Positions 44,514-58,765 are shown, counted from the first letter of the stretch. The stretch is DNA of 64,000 nucleotides from Octopus vulgaris (GCA_951406725.2 OX597828.1:53568001-53632000); one strand, 5' to 3'. Program-made: numbers and translations. The notes: generated by a model not told the origin, from the letters alone.

Positions 44514-45127
44514 CTGCAGCAACAGTAGCAGCAGTAGTGGTAGTAGTAGTAGTAGTGGTAGTAGTAGTAGTGGTAGTAGTAGTAGTAGTAGTAATAGTAG
44601 TAGTAGTAGTTCTGTTGTTGGTAATGATGATGATGATGATGATGATGGTGATGTTGGTGGTAGTGGTGGTAGTGGTGATGATGATGTTATGGCAGACGTT
44701 ACCAGTAAGCGATTGGGAAAAAAAAACACAGAGGACTTAAATACACAAATACACACACATACACACACATACAAAAACACATACACATACGCCCCCCCCA
44801 CACACACACACACACACATACACATCAAATAAAGCAAAAGCCAAACAAAGTAAAAAAAGAAGAAAAAAAGAAAGAAAGAAGAAGACAGTGCCATAATATA
44901 TCGCATCCGATTCCAGCACAATGGTTTGGTTAAGTTTCTGCTCTACTAAAAACTGTTACCGGAAGTAGATTCACCAAGTGAGTACCTCATAATGGCGGTA
45001 ACTTCCGTCACAACAAATTGAAGACCGAATCGCAATGATGTTTAATTAGAGACAGAAAGGCCTGATGTGTTTTTACTGCTTGTTTCTACGCCGTCATAGC
45101 AGGGTGGGACACACAGGTGTGCGTGCG

Positions 45128-45204
<77 letters not shown>

Positions 45205-45324
45205 GTGTGTGTTAGTGTGTGAGTTTGTATGTGGAGGATGTCTGACTGCTCTGTATAAGTGTCCGCCTATATGTATGTGTATGTGTGTGTGTTTGTGTAC
45301 TTACATATTTATATTCACCTATCA

Positions 45325-45365
<41 letters not shown>

Positions 45366-45477
45366 AGTGTCTGTGTGTACATGTGTGTACGTGAATGTGT
45401 GCGTGTGTGTATGTATGTATGCATGTGAAAATTATATATATATAAATATATAATGTACATATACCTGTATGTGTATA

Positions 45478-45521
<44 letters not shown>

Positions 45522-45547
45522 TACATATATATAATATACATATATAT

Positions 45548-45591
<44 letters not shown>

Positions 45592-45605
45592 GTATGTATA
45601 TATGG

Positions 45606-45655
<50 letters not shown>

Positions 45656-45728
45656 ACAAACATATATACGTATAGATATACACACGACCATACACGCACC
45701 TACACACATATACATATATATGTATATG

Positions 45729-45836
<108 letters not shown>

Positions 45837-46116
45837 GATGAAGGCCGTAAATGTTTATAACTTTTACAGTCTCAGCAGATAACTTGTAACGCTGCCTCTC
45901 CTCCGACCAAACCATCCCTACCCTCCCACCACCACCACCACCACTGAATAACCTCCTACCCCTACAGAACATCCTTCTCCACCCACCATTAAATCAATCG
46001 TGTTTTTATGTTCTGTTTTCTTTTTCTTTTTCTCTTCTTTTTTTTCTCATTATAAATTTTTCCCCTTTTATAGCAAAACCAGTGTCTCTCATTTAATTTC
46101 TTTACATATTTTAGAG

Positions 46117-46169
<53 letters not shown>

Positions 46170-46358
46170 AATGCCTCTATGTGGTTATTAGGTTTGTTAC
46201 AAATAACAGCCAAATATTCCTCAAATCACTCATTTCACTCCTGAATTAAAAAAGAGTCCATAAGTTAATGTCCTACCTAGTCCCAAATCTTCGAGATGTC
46301 TAAGGTTGAAATCTGCTGAATTTCTCCATTAAGCAACAACAACAATGACACGTGAGTA

Positions 46359-46400
<42 letters not shown>

Positions 46401-46550
46401 CACATACATGCACGCACACATGTTTATACAAAAACCACCTGTTTACTGATACGCAAATTCCTTGTCGCTACTTTCCTTCCAAGCACCAAGGTAGTTGAAA
46501 AGTAATTTCCTTAAGTTATTTTCCATTTCTATGAATAAGGTGGATTTCTT

Positions 46551-46699
46551 TACATTATTTACAATCGACGGATATTTGTCCTCATCTTGTTTGTTGTTAA
46601 CACAATGTTTTGGCTGATATACCTTCCAGCCTTATATCAGGTGTCTTGGGGGAAATTTCGAACCTGGGTTCTCATTCCTAAGGTATTTTTCGATGTTGT

Positions 46700-46740
<41 letters not shown>

Positions 46741-46940
46741 TAATAATGATAATGATAATAATGATAATTATTATTATTATTATTATTATTCAGGTTACTG
46801 CCTGGAATAGAGCTCGGAATCTTGGGGTTAGTAGCCCGCGCTCTTAACCACTATGCCATATGCCCGTGGCACAATATCCGTCAATTGTAAATAATGTAAA
46901 TAATGTACATAATTCCTCATCTCTTAAATATAGAACTGTA
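46551..46940 (-). mobile_element. Composite element: tRNA-like head + (AAT)n + degenerate HHR, bracketed by an inverted repeat
   Basis: Head 46791-46866 with A box tggcatagtgg; HHR-like fold 46599-46645; IR tacattatttacaatcgacggatatt (46551) / aatatccgtcaattgtaaataatgta (46873). Confidence 0.65.
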
Positions 46941-46959
46941 TTATCTAATCGGTAGGGAA

Positions 46960-47530
46960 CCGACATTAGACTTCAATGGCGACATATAGAGAAACTCCAT
47001 CAAAAAACAAAGTGGATTTCGCTGTTCAGGACCTTGATTGAATGTTTGATATTCGGTTCTATCTGAGTTACAACAGAGGCCAACTTTTGCTGCTTCAAGT
47101 TCTAGTCTGCTGAGTATTTCCTGTGTCCGATATATCTCTTCAGAGATTCGACCAATATCGACTGCAAAGTCCTGAGCTGAAAGCATTTTTGGTGTAACTC
47201 ATCTACTTCTCCGTCTTTCTAACTCAAATCCCAGTTCTACTTCTTTTCTTTCTAAGGTCTTGTGGACCACATAGTCTAGTACCAGAAGAAACAGATATGG
47301 CATAAGAGAAGAGTAAGAACTGCTGGTCATTACGTCAGGCATCCAGAAAAAAACCATGAGTGAACCATCTTTTGGCAGTCAGTTGAAAGAAGAATCATGA
47401 GAGGAATAAAATGTCTAACCTATGTGGACAACTTCTTTAGGACAGTGGAATGGCAAATACTGAAGAATTAAGAACATACTTAGGAGACCGTGATGGATGG
47501 CGTGCGCGTGTGAAATCAATGGGAGGATGG
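46960..47530. mobile_element. RTE-like LINE remnant with internal inversion
   Basis: Minus 46960-47300: PYLFLLVLDYVV...LGFELERRRSR...QDFAVDIGRISEEI...EAAKVGL (RT core, FADD-derived). Plus 47305-47530: AGHYVRHPE...LTYVDN...ELRTYLGDRDGWRARV (RTE C-terminus). Confidence 0.8.
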
Positions 47531-47967
47531 ATAAACTAAAAAGCTAAGAACTATAGATACGCGCAAATATTATCGTTCCATAACTTATATATATATATCA
47601 GAAATACTAAATTTCTTAATCTCTCGTAGAGATATGTACGGTGGTGGGGCGATAGAATGGTTGTATACTGTCAATCTAACACGAACGTGACAGTAGGGGG
47701 TACACCACCGCTGTTTAGCCCTAGGAAGTATCGACGCCTCCTGATGGCTTTGAGACATTTTTCCTGTGTCTTTATATACATTTACGAAGGGGAGACAAAT
47801 ACCCCCAGCCGCTCAGGCTGCATCTAGGGACACGTGTTTCAGGATGTTATATATATATATATATACATACATACATACATACATACATACATACATACAT
47901 ACATACATACATACATGCATACATACATACTCTCTCTATGTATATATATATACACACTACACACACT

Positions 47968-48126
47968 ATTTTTTCTCTCCTTGTTTTTTTTCTGTGTCCC
48001 TTTCCGTAGAAGAGCGTAGACTCGAAACGTAAAAGACTTTCTCTATTCCTGAGCGTTATACTAATACATCTGTTTGTTTTGTACACCACCTGTCTTCGTC
48101 TTTTGTTTTTTTCGTAAATTCTCCCT
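47968..48126 (+). mobile_element. Short PLE pLTR-like repeat with atypical HHR-like motif
   Basis: cttt-ccgtagaa-gagc(gtag)actc-GAAA-cg-TA-aaag at 48000-48035; second copy at 42046-42200. Confidence 0.65.
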
Positions 48127-48236
<110 letters not shown>

Positions 48237-49077
48237 GGAGAGAGAGAGAGATACACGGTGAGTATATAGGAATAAATTATGCAGGAGTGTACCGTACGAG
48301 CACTCACGTATAGTCTAGGTTCAGGCTAACCGCGTCGAGTAGTAGGCAGCCCCTAGAAATACTTAGCGTGAGCAATTCTATTGCGATTCATCCGATGGGT
48401 AAATCCTGGGTTCGCTTCACTTTATTACGAACATTTGCGGTAGTGTTAATCCAAAACAATTACAAAGGATACGGAGACTGGTACATCTTCATATTTATTC
48501 TTTTAAATTTAATTTTCATCAAAAATGCCACCACCAATTTTACCACCATCAACATCAATGTCATCACCACCACCACCACCACCACCACCACCACCACCAC
48601 CACTATCACCGCCGCCGCCGCTGCCACAGTCATTCACAACATTTCCACCAGCCACAATATCAACCCCACCACTCCCTCCCTACGAAATTCACCATACCAC
48701 AACTGACACTACAACAACCTTCACTTGTCTTAAAATCACCACCACCACCACCTCTACCACCAATACTTACACCTAACTTATATTCCTTACACTCCAGTAA
48801 CATTCACAACTCCATATCACCACAACCTCCACCACAAAAACAACCAATACTCCTCCACCAACATCACCACCAACAATACCACCACCACCAACAACAACAA
48901 CAACAACGCCACCACACGGCCGCTACTTTCACTTTCCTTTTTATTTCTTCTTTACTCTTCTCCAAACTTTGATAACTTCCTCCTTTCTTCGTGGTTCCAT
49001 TTACAACTTTTTATCACTTCACTTTCCGCCCTATAAATTCCCCCATACACTACACAAAGTATTTACACACACACACA

Positions 49078-49157
<80 letters not shown>

Positions 49158-49373
49158 CACACACACATACGCATGCACACATTTATACACGCACATATCT
49201 GTGCTTCTGATATGCGTTTATACACACATGTACACACACTCACATAGAAACATATATACACCATCTTGTAATGTCTCTCTTTCTCTCTCCCCTCTCTCTG
49301 TCTCTTTCTCTCACGTGTATATATAGACTCGATCGCACACATGCACATACACTTGCACATATAGAAACACACC

Positions 49374-49419
<46 letters not shown>

Positions 49420-50140
49420 AGAAGTACATAAAATGTATACACAAGCAGATAGACGTATATGCATGTACGTACATACAGAGGCACACAATCACTCATACTG
49501 CACCCACAATCACAAGCCCCAGTTTAAAGTGAAACAAAAGAAACAAAGTATAAAAAAAACTCAACATTTAAAACATTTACAGTAGTTATTCTTGTTTGCT
49601 TGAAGTTGCAGCAAAATCTGTCTGATATCACACCCTGCCTCCTTCAAAAAAGAACACACTGCTTAATGCACTTAATATGCACCAAGTCTGATAAAAAGGA
49701 TGAGCTAGCGTTCAGATCACACTAAAAATGGATGTTAAATTTCACTCAACACACCACTAGATATTTAAAAGTTAACGGGCTTCAAAGGGCTTTTGTGAAT
49801 GGCATGTTACCTAAATGATTGGGAGGTCATGTCTAGAACGCTTTTGGTAACAGTTCCGTTCGTTAAAATCAGGACTGGATTAAGGATAAATAACAGCAGC
49901 AAAAATACTATACGCTCCATAGAAAAACTTATATATAGCCCTCAATATAGCCCTCAATCACACCTTAGTGTCTTAAAGAAGGTGAGCATCATTGGATGAT
50001 GTAAACTTAGATGTGCTCTGCTTTAGGAGATAATCATCTTTTGAATTCCTTTTATCATTGGTCTTCATCAAACCAAACTTGTTGCTAAGCAGTAAAAATA
50101 GCAGAGCGATGTGCACAATATATTTTTCTCTCTTCCTCTT

Positions 50141-50248
<108 letters not shown>

Positions 50249-50477
50249 GCGCGCGTTCAGTTTCTGCTCCCTCTACTTTCGCAACGTATTTACGCGTTCG
50301 GATAAATTCTTTAATTCTTTATTGGTCTCACCCAGAAATTGTGACAATGCTGTGTCAGAAACTGTGATCATGTGTGTGTGTGTGTGTGTGTGTGTTCGTG
50401 TGTGCGTGCGTGAATGTGCGTATGTGTGTATGTGTGTGTGTGTGTGCGAGTGTGTGTGTATGCATGTATTTTTTTCA

Positions 50478-50695
50478 TCAAGTTTCAGCTCACGAGCTGT
50501 GGCCATACTGGGACATCACACATTTGGTGTTGCAACATAATTTTACTTCACGAATGCTTTTTAGTAATTGTCATTTGGTGCATGAGAGGGTTCGATGCAG
50601 CTGCCCTCATCTGCACCTCTTGCCACGAAGTTGGTTCATCTGGGACACCTGACAGGTGTCTTATTACTGGTCTTGTTTCTGTCCTTGAGGCTTTG
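50478..50695 (-). mobile_element. CR1-like LINE 3' end (same family as 22556-22980)
   Basis: LSGVPDEPTSWQEVQMRAAASNPLMHQM plus tail cccagtatggccacagctcgtgagctgaaact. Confidence 0.75.
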
Positions 50696-51084
50696 TAGCT
50701 GTTGCTGATGTTGTTGTTTTTGTAATTATTATCATTTATATTTTCATTATCATCTTTTTTTTTTCAATTCTGTTTCCATTTCATGCCGAGTGTCTTTCTG
50801 ACACCTAGGGTAGAGAAATGCACTGTATACATTGGTAGACTATTAAAATAAATACACCAGATTACAAAGTCATGTGATAGAGAAAAACGGGAAGAAAGAC
50901 AGAGAGAAAAAGGAAAAACTAAAAATAAAATAAAAAAGTAAACAAAGAAAAAATAAAGGAGGAAAAAAGGAAAGAAAAATTCACAGCGACGATGCTCTTC
51001 TCAATACATGTGACGAACCAGTTAAGACAATCTCTTGCACATCCATGATAAACCAAGGATCATTCTTAAATAATTTTTAGTTCC

Positions 51085-51385
<301 letters not shown>

Positions 51386-51680
51386 CCGTTGTTGTTGTTG
51401 TTGTTAGGAAAGGGTTAGCCCCAAATTGAATAGACAGACAATATAATTCAATTTATTTTGGACAATGAAAAGTCAATCCTGAAAAACCAAATCAGAAATA
51501 AATAAATAATGAAAAAAAAAATTAGAAACAAAAAAAAAAGGAAATATGATTAGGAAGAAGAGAAATATGAACAAAAAAAATTAATACGCTCCCACCAACC
51601 CTTCCGCCAAAACTCTCATCCCACATCCTCGGAAAAATTCTTGTAAAGGAACGGAGCTGAAAACAAAATGTGCATTATTT

Positions 51681-51806
<126 letters not shown>

Positions 51807-51814
51807 TATATGGG

Positions 51815-52200
51815 TTCAGGATGTCACCAACTGTGTAAACAACATGAAGAACGAAAACAAACGAGTTAAATACGCAAACAACGGGAGAGAAAAAATGGAA
51901 AATAGGAGAAATAAACACATAGAACGACCCTTCATCAGTTATTGGCTGCCTAGCTACGCCTTATTTCGAGAAATCAACGACAATATGAGTCTTCAAAGAC
52001 AGTTGCTCCCATAAATTCTAAAATAAAATTTTGGATTTAGTGGAGGGTCAAAGTTGGGAACAAAAACAGAACAGTGGAGAGATACGAGGAAACCGAACAA
52101 ATATGGGGGTTCATTAGACCAGAACGAGAGGAAAATAGTGAAGGCTGGGAGAAATGCTTTCTTTGTAAAAAGAAAAGATAGAAAAGAGAGAAAGAAAACG
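51815..52200. mobile_element. PLE pLTR-like repeat, homolog of 8580-8900
   Basis: Shares gacccttcatcagt..ttggctg...atttcgag...acagttgctccc...aataaaattt.ggattt with 8706-8830; abuts (TA)n. Confidence 0.65.
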
Positions 52201-52264
52201 TCCAGAGAGAGAGAGGGGGGGAGAGAGAGGGGGGAGAGAGGGGGAGAGAGAGAGTGGGGGAAAT

Positions 52265-52600
52265 AAAAATTCCTAACATTTTGTTGCAGAAATTTCGCCT
52301 CTTATATTAGCCAGCATAATAGGAATCTGATTGATATTAAGCATGGTGCCGAGCCCCTTAAGAAATGCAATTGTAAAAATGAATCCTGTCCGTTGGAAGG
52401 GAAATGACTAGTAAAAGAGGTCGTTTATAGAGCCAAGATACAAATAGAAGGCTCATCAGAATACAAGACCTATACAGGGGCTTCAGAAAATTCATTTAAA
52501 ACGCGATTTTATTCGCATAAAAATTCATTTAGATACCCAGAAAATAGGAAGAGGACCAGCCTAGCAAAATATGTCTGGGAACTATAAGAAAAGGAAACCC
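52265..52600 (+). mobile_element. Penelope-like GIY-YIG endonuclease remnant
   Basis: ISQHNRN...KKCNCKNESCPLEGK*LVKEVVYRAKI...KTYTGASENSFKTRFYSHKNSF...TSLAKYVWEL* shows the Zn-finger, VVY/YxG and FK.R..H motifs. Confidence 0.9.
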
Positions 52601-52604
52601 CACA

Positions 52605-52816
52605 ACAAATAACCTTAGATGCGAAGAACCCTCCTAAATATTTTAGCTGTCCCTGTTTTCTGCAGCTGTACTAAACTGGATTTTATGTCTATTTCCTCTA
52701 TTCATCCGTTCAAATCTTTAGAGATAGTTCCCAATTCACCTACGACTGCTGGCGCACATTTTACCCGCACTTTCTATAGTCTCTGTAATTCAATGGCTAG
52801 GTCCATTTTTTCTAAA
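52605..52816 (-). mobile_element. R4/Dong-like 3' end
   Basis: DLAIELQRL*KVRVKCAPAVVGELGTISKDLNG*IEEIDIKSSLVQLQKTGTAKIFRRVLRI*, preceded on its own strand by (AAT)n(TAG)n. Confidence 0.82.
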
Positions 52817-52817
52817 C

Positions 52818-52874
<57 letters not shown>

Positions 52875-52897
52875 TTATTATTATTATTATTATTATT

Positions 52898-53325
52898 ACT
52901 CTTTTTACGCTTTTTACTCTTTTACTTGTTTCAGTCATTTGACTGTTGCCATACTGGAGCACTGCCTTTAGTCGAGCAAATCGACCCCTACTTATTCTTT
53001 TTAACCTAGTACTTATTCAATCGGTCTTTTGCCAAACCGCTAATTTACGGGGACGTAAACACACCAGCATCGGTTGTCAAACGATGTCCGGGGTACAAAC
53101 ACAGACACACAAACACACACACACACTCACATATATATATATATATATACGCATATACATATATACGACGGGCTTCTTTCAGTTTCCGTCTACCAAATCC
53201 ACTCACAAGGGTCTGGTTGACTCGAGGCTATAGTAGAAGACACTTGCCCAAGGTGCCACCCAGTGGGACTGAACCCGGAATCATGTGGTTGGTAAGGAAG
53301 CTACTTACCACACAGCCACTCCTAC
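52898..53325 (-). mobile_element. SINE family A, full length
   Basis: Complete family A body on the minus strand. Confidence 0.94.
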
Positions 53326-53329
53326 GTCT

Positions 53330-54030
<701 letters not shown>

Positions 54031-54494
54031 AGAAGATGATTGAATGTCCTTGTAGCTATAAAGCTATTGTGAAATATATGGGTAAATATGTATCCTTCTT
54101 TTTTTTCCTTCCAGTGTCCCATCTGCATCTTTACTGAATAGCTTTCCGTAAATTATTAGTTTTAAATTATATCGAGGTGGCATAATTAGTGGTTTGCATC
54201 GGCTGGGCATAGTATGGCGTGGCGTGTAGCGGTTTGTTCGACGTTCTGTTGTAGTCACTATTAACGCTTTATTGCTTAGCAAATGTCTATGATAATTTCC
54301 CCACTCTCTTACTCTCAATTTCTTATAATGGCAAATGGGGAACATTTGGGTTTGGCATTTTTTACGGTTGGCGTGGCATCTTGTAGGTGTGGGCGTTAGA
54401 CAAGTTGAGCATGTGAATTTCAGAGGTGATTACATTGGTAACGAGGACGATAATACTCATCATCATCATCATCATCATTATCATCATCATCATC

Positions 54495-54860
54495 GGGATG
54501 TGGTAAGAAGCTTGCTTACCATCCGCATGGTTCTGGGTTCAGCGCTTGGCTTAAAAAGTATAAGTCTTGGGTTTGATTTCTTCGACTGAAACTCTTCGCG
54601 GCAGTGCCCCAGTATGGTTGCAGTCAAATGAGTGAAACAAGTAAATCATCACCAGCAAGGCGACAAGCAGACAGGGTCGTTAGTACACTGGACTAAATGG
54701 TTAGCAGCATTTCGTCCGTCTTTACGTTCTAAGTTCAAAATCCGCCAAGGTCAACTTTGCCTTTCAACCAATCGGGGCCGATAAAATAAGCACCAGTTAC
54801 ACAGTGAGATCGATGTCATCGACTTGGCCCCTCCGCCGAAGTTGCTGGCCAAAATTTGAC
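54495..54860 (+). mobile_element. Deleted SINE A (54495-54645) followed by SINE B (54657-54860)
   Basis: Family A head joined to its tail, then a diverged family B copy. Confidence 0.8.
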
Positions 54861-54944
54861 TAATGATAAAAGGTGGTCCATGGCTGACTAACCCAACTAA
54901 ATTGTCTAAAGTGTCCTTCCTTTTTTAATATGGTAGTGAGAAGT

Positions 54945-55040
54945 TTCAAATGTGGGCGTATAGGAGAAGGCTATATGTCTCTTACAATGACTATGGGACA
55001 AATGAATGGATGTTACAAGTAGGTGAAAGACAACTCTGAA
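54945..55040 (+). mobile_element. RTE (BovB-type) LINE micro-fragment
   Basis: FQMWAYRRRLYVSYNDYGTNEWML resembles FEMW.YRR.L.ISW.D..TNE.VL. Confidence 0.5.
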
Positions 55041-55799
55041 CAGGAGGAGATGCAAAAGGCTTTTCACCATTATTTCGCCCGATTGTTCGGGGAGAGCTTA
55101 AAGGAGTACAGTGTAACCGGTGAACCTCACGGTCATGGTGTAAAATTTTAATTTTATCTAATATAAATCATATTTTTAAAGTCTCGTTAAACGAACTCAT
55201 GAACACTATTTGTTTGTAATGTCCTGTATTGTCCCCTCTATGTTTTGATATGTTATTATCATAATAAATAATAAACCTCTGTTATTCTGTGCTGATAAAG
55301 GGAGATAACCCAGAAGCCTCGATACACAGATATTGTTTTGTGCTGAACGGGGATGCTCAAACTCGCTTCTTCGAAAATATAAGGACACGGATAGTGTGTC
55401 CTATAACCAGCTGGAGACGATGTTTCCTGAGGGCTAAATAACAGTAACATTCATCCTAAATCAGGACTGTCAGGAGCTAGTTGGACAAGAGTGGCAAGGA
55501 AGCTAGAGAACACGGGCTTAACCGGGAAGACATTCTGTAGCGACATCAATGAGCTGCAGGCGTTCTATAAATGACAACAAAGGGGGGGGGGGATTTCAGG
55601 GAGAATTCTAGCAGACATCGTTTGTACTTTCATTGATCGAAAGACTGGCTTGTTTGTTGTTGTTGTTTTTAGTTTAGCGCCAAGTCAGGTCCGCCTTGTC
55701 AGTCTTATGGTCAACAAACACACATTCTATCCGCGTCTGTTTAGAGTCTGTAGGTCAACATTGTCTAATGTACGTTCTCTCCTCGTTTATGAAAACAGC

Positions 55800-56210
55800 A
55801 CTCTTTTACTCTTTTACTTGTTTCAGTCATGTGACTGTGGCCATGCTGGAGCACCGCCTTTAGTCGAGCAAATCGACCACAGGTCTAATCCTTTGTAAGC
55901 CTAGTACTTATTCGATCGGCCTCTTTTGCCGAACCGCTAAGTTACGGGGACGTAAACACACCACCATCAGTTGTCAAACCATGTTGGGGGGACAAACACA
56001 GACACACAAACACACACACACACATATATACATACATATACATATACATATATACGATGGGCTTCTTTTCAGTTTCCGTCTGCCAAATCCACTCACAAGG
56101 CTTTCGTCGGCCCGAGGCTATAGTAGAAGACTCTTGTCCAAGGTGCCACGCAGTGGGACTGAACCCGGAAGCATGTGGTTTGTAAGCAAGCTACTTACCA
56201 CACTGCCACT
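55800..56210 (-). mobile_element. SINE family A
   Basis: Near-complete copy on the minus strand. Confidence 0.94.
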
Positions 56211-56579
56211 GTGGTTTTTTGGAAGATTTACCTGCTATTACTAGCATGTGAGGCTTTCACGTAGTGGAGTTGGTGTTAACTGTGGTAGTGGTGGTAGATG
56301 TGGTGGTGATAGTAGATGTCGCCATTGTTTAAGATGTGGTGGTGAGGACGGGGCTGGCGGGGAGGCACGGTTGATGTTTTATAATTGAGATTGACACTAA
56401 CGAGGAGAGGAAAAAAATCGCAACAAAAAGAAAAGAAGACAATAAACAAAATTTAAGAAAAAAAAAAACAAGCAGAAAATTTAATTTTATTTGATTTAAT
56501 TAATCAAAACATCTGTTTTATTGTGTGTTAGTTACGGTCTTGGCGGGGACTGTGGTAATCGTTCTGTTCAAGATTGGGT

Positions 56580-56960
56580 TGATGATGAAGGTGGCGGCGG
56601 CGGCGGTGGCGGAGGTGGAGGCGGCAGTGGCGGCGGCGATGGCGACGGCGGTGGTGGTGGCGTCGGCAGTGGAGGCGGCATTGGCGGTGGCGGCGGCGTT
56701 GATGGTGGTGGTGGTGGTGGCGGCGGTGATGGTGGCGGCGACGGCGGTGATGGTAGTGGTGGCGGCGGTAGTGGTAAAGTTAGATCTGGCAGTTGGTGAC
56801 ATTAGATAATTAGAGGAGAGGTGGTGATGATAGTGGCGGTGTAGGTGATGGAGCGGTTGTCGGTGTTGATTATTATCATTGCACTACTACAGGCGATGAT
56901 GGTGGTGATGGTAATGGTGGTGGTGGTGGTGGTGGTGGTGGTGGTGGTGGTGGTGGTGGT
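56580..56960. repeat. Degenerate (GGT/GGC)n low-complexity tract
   Basis: Seen directly. Confidence 0.85.
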
Positions 56961-57538
56961 CGACGTCAAGATGTTGACGACAAAGATGATTATAAGGTCA
57001 GAGCTGGTGGGGTGGTGAACCAGGTAATAGTGGAAAGTGGTGATGGTCGTGGCTGGGATGGTAGGTAGGGGAGTGAATGAATATTCAAGGTTAGTATTTT
57101 TCTAACACGTTTCTACAGCACCTAGACATTGCAATGGCGATGGTGGCGGTGGCGGAGCCGGCAGTGGCGCTGATGCCTTGGTGATTCTTCAAGTTAGACT
57201 AAGTCACATATACTGACATTGTAGAGAACAATGACCCCCACTGGTTAATGTCTAAACGGGTGTTGTTATTGCTCTCGATGCAATTTCGTGTATATACAAT
57301 GAAGATGGGTTATAAGCAAGACAGACGGTTTGGCCAAAACGGAACAAGACGTCAAAACACGTTGCTAGCCCTGTGTGCCATAATTGTTACAATAATGGTC
57401 TTAATGGTACCCATAGATTTCATGTTGGAAGAGCTGGAGAAAGCTTGAAATATGAAGGAATAAAATACACGCAATCTTACAAATACACAAATGTACATAT
57501 GCACCTATGCAAGCATACACAACTATATATATACGTAC

Positions 57539-57573
<35 letters not shown>

Positions 57574-57574
<1 letters not shown>

Positions 57575-57811
57575 GGTGCATTTTAGAAAAACAAGTAAGG
57601 AGTCGATATCCCCCAACATCACCACTACAAGAACTGGAAACTGTTTTAGCTGAAGAATGGACAAAAAATCCTGTGGAAACAATTCAAATTTTGTACGAGT
57701 CCATACATCGTACAATTCAAGGTGTAATTTCTACCAAAGGCGGTCCTTCCCCATATTAAAATGAATTTGTTTGAAATTTTAAGGTGTTTCCATTATTTTG
57801 TCCAACCCCTG
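57574..57811 (+). mobile_element. Tc1-like transposon 3' end
   Basis: WCILEKQVRSRYPPTSPLQELETVLAEEWTKNPVETIQILYESIHRTIQGVISTKGGPSPY* is a Tc1 DDE C-terminus. TIR-like end cattattttgtccaacccctg. Confidence 0.88.
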
Positions 57812-58247
57812 TGTATATTCATAAATGAAATAAATATTCAAATAAATACTTATATAGATATTATTTTTATTGGTAGTAGTAAATAAATAACAGTAATAAT
57901 AATATGTGGCCAGCAAGCATTAAAGCCAAAATTGATAATTATAATTGACGGTACAGGAGGTACCAGAGTTGCTGTAAAATAATAGTCGAAATATCGCCTA
58001 ATAAGCCACCAATTCACTGAAAATTTAAAAGGCCGACAGAAATCGAGCAACGAGCAAAGAAACTAACTTACTATCGCGGCTGATAGCCACAGAATGAGGC
58101 AATAGATATCCTTGTATCATATGATTTCGAAGTTTGAGATTACTCCCTTAATTCGCATCACCATATGTTTATATATATATGTATGTGTGTATATATATAA
58201 TATATATATATATATATGTGTGTGTGTCTCTCTCTCTCTCTCTCTCT

Positions 58248-58304
<57 letters not shown>

Positions 58305-58310
<6 letters not shown>

Positions 58311-58620
58311 GTGAAAATTATTCGGTAGCCATGATAAAACTCCGAGTTTCGAATGCCGAGTTTAGGATGCCGGAGTGGAAATCCACGCCGCCATCTCTTC
58401 AGTTATCCGGCCTTCAGAAAAATGCATTTTCGGATGGCCGTATATCTGAAGAGATGGTGGCGTGGATTTCCACCCCGGCATCCTAAACTCGGCATTCGAA
58501 ACTCGGAGTTTTATCATGGCTACTGAATAATTGTCACATATTACATTTACAGATAAATTCCTCTATTTACATAATATGGAGGTCTCTTTCATTCTTTTGT
58601 TGTCTTACCATTTTTATAAA
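58305..58620. mobile_element. PLE pLTR-like element with a 239-bp palindrome and an HHR-like fold on each strand
   Basis: 58305-58543 is self-complementary about atgcat (axis 58424/58425). Each arm has CTGAAGA...GAAA-ctcggag-TT. Confidence 0.8.
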
Positions 58621-58661
58621 TATATATATATATATATATACATACACACACACACATACAC

Positions 58662-58764
<103 letters not shown>

Positions 58765-58765
58765 A

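Noticed and set aside
55041-55100. QEEMQKAFHHYFARLFGE, L1/Tx1 linker-like peptide
   Set aside because: Too short to support a call.
56518-56809. Gly-rich/Ala-rich ORFs
   Set aside because: Degenerate (GGY)n tract open in several frames; no splice or domain support.
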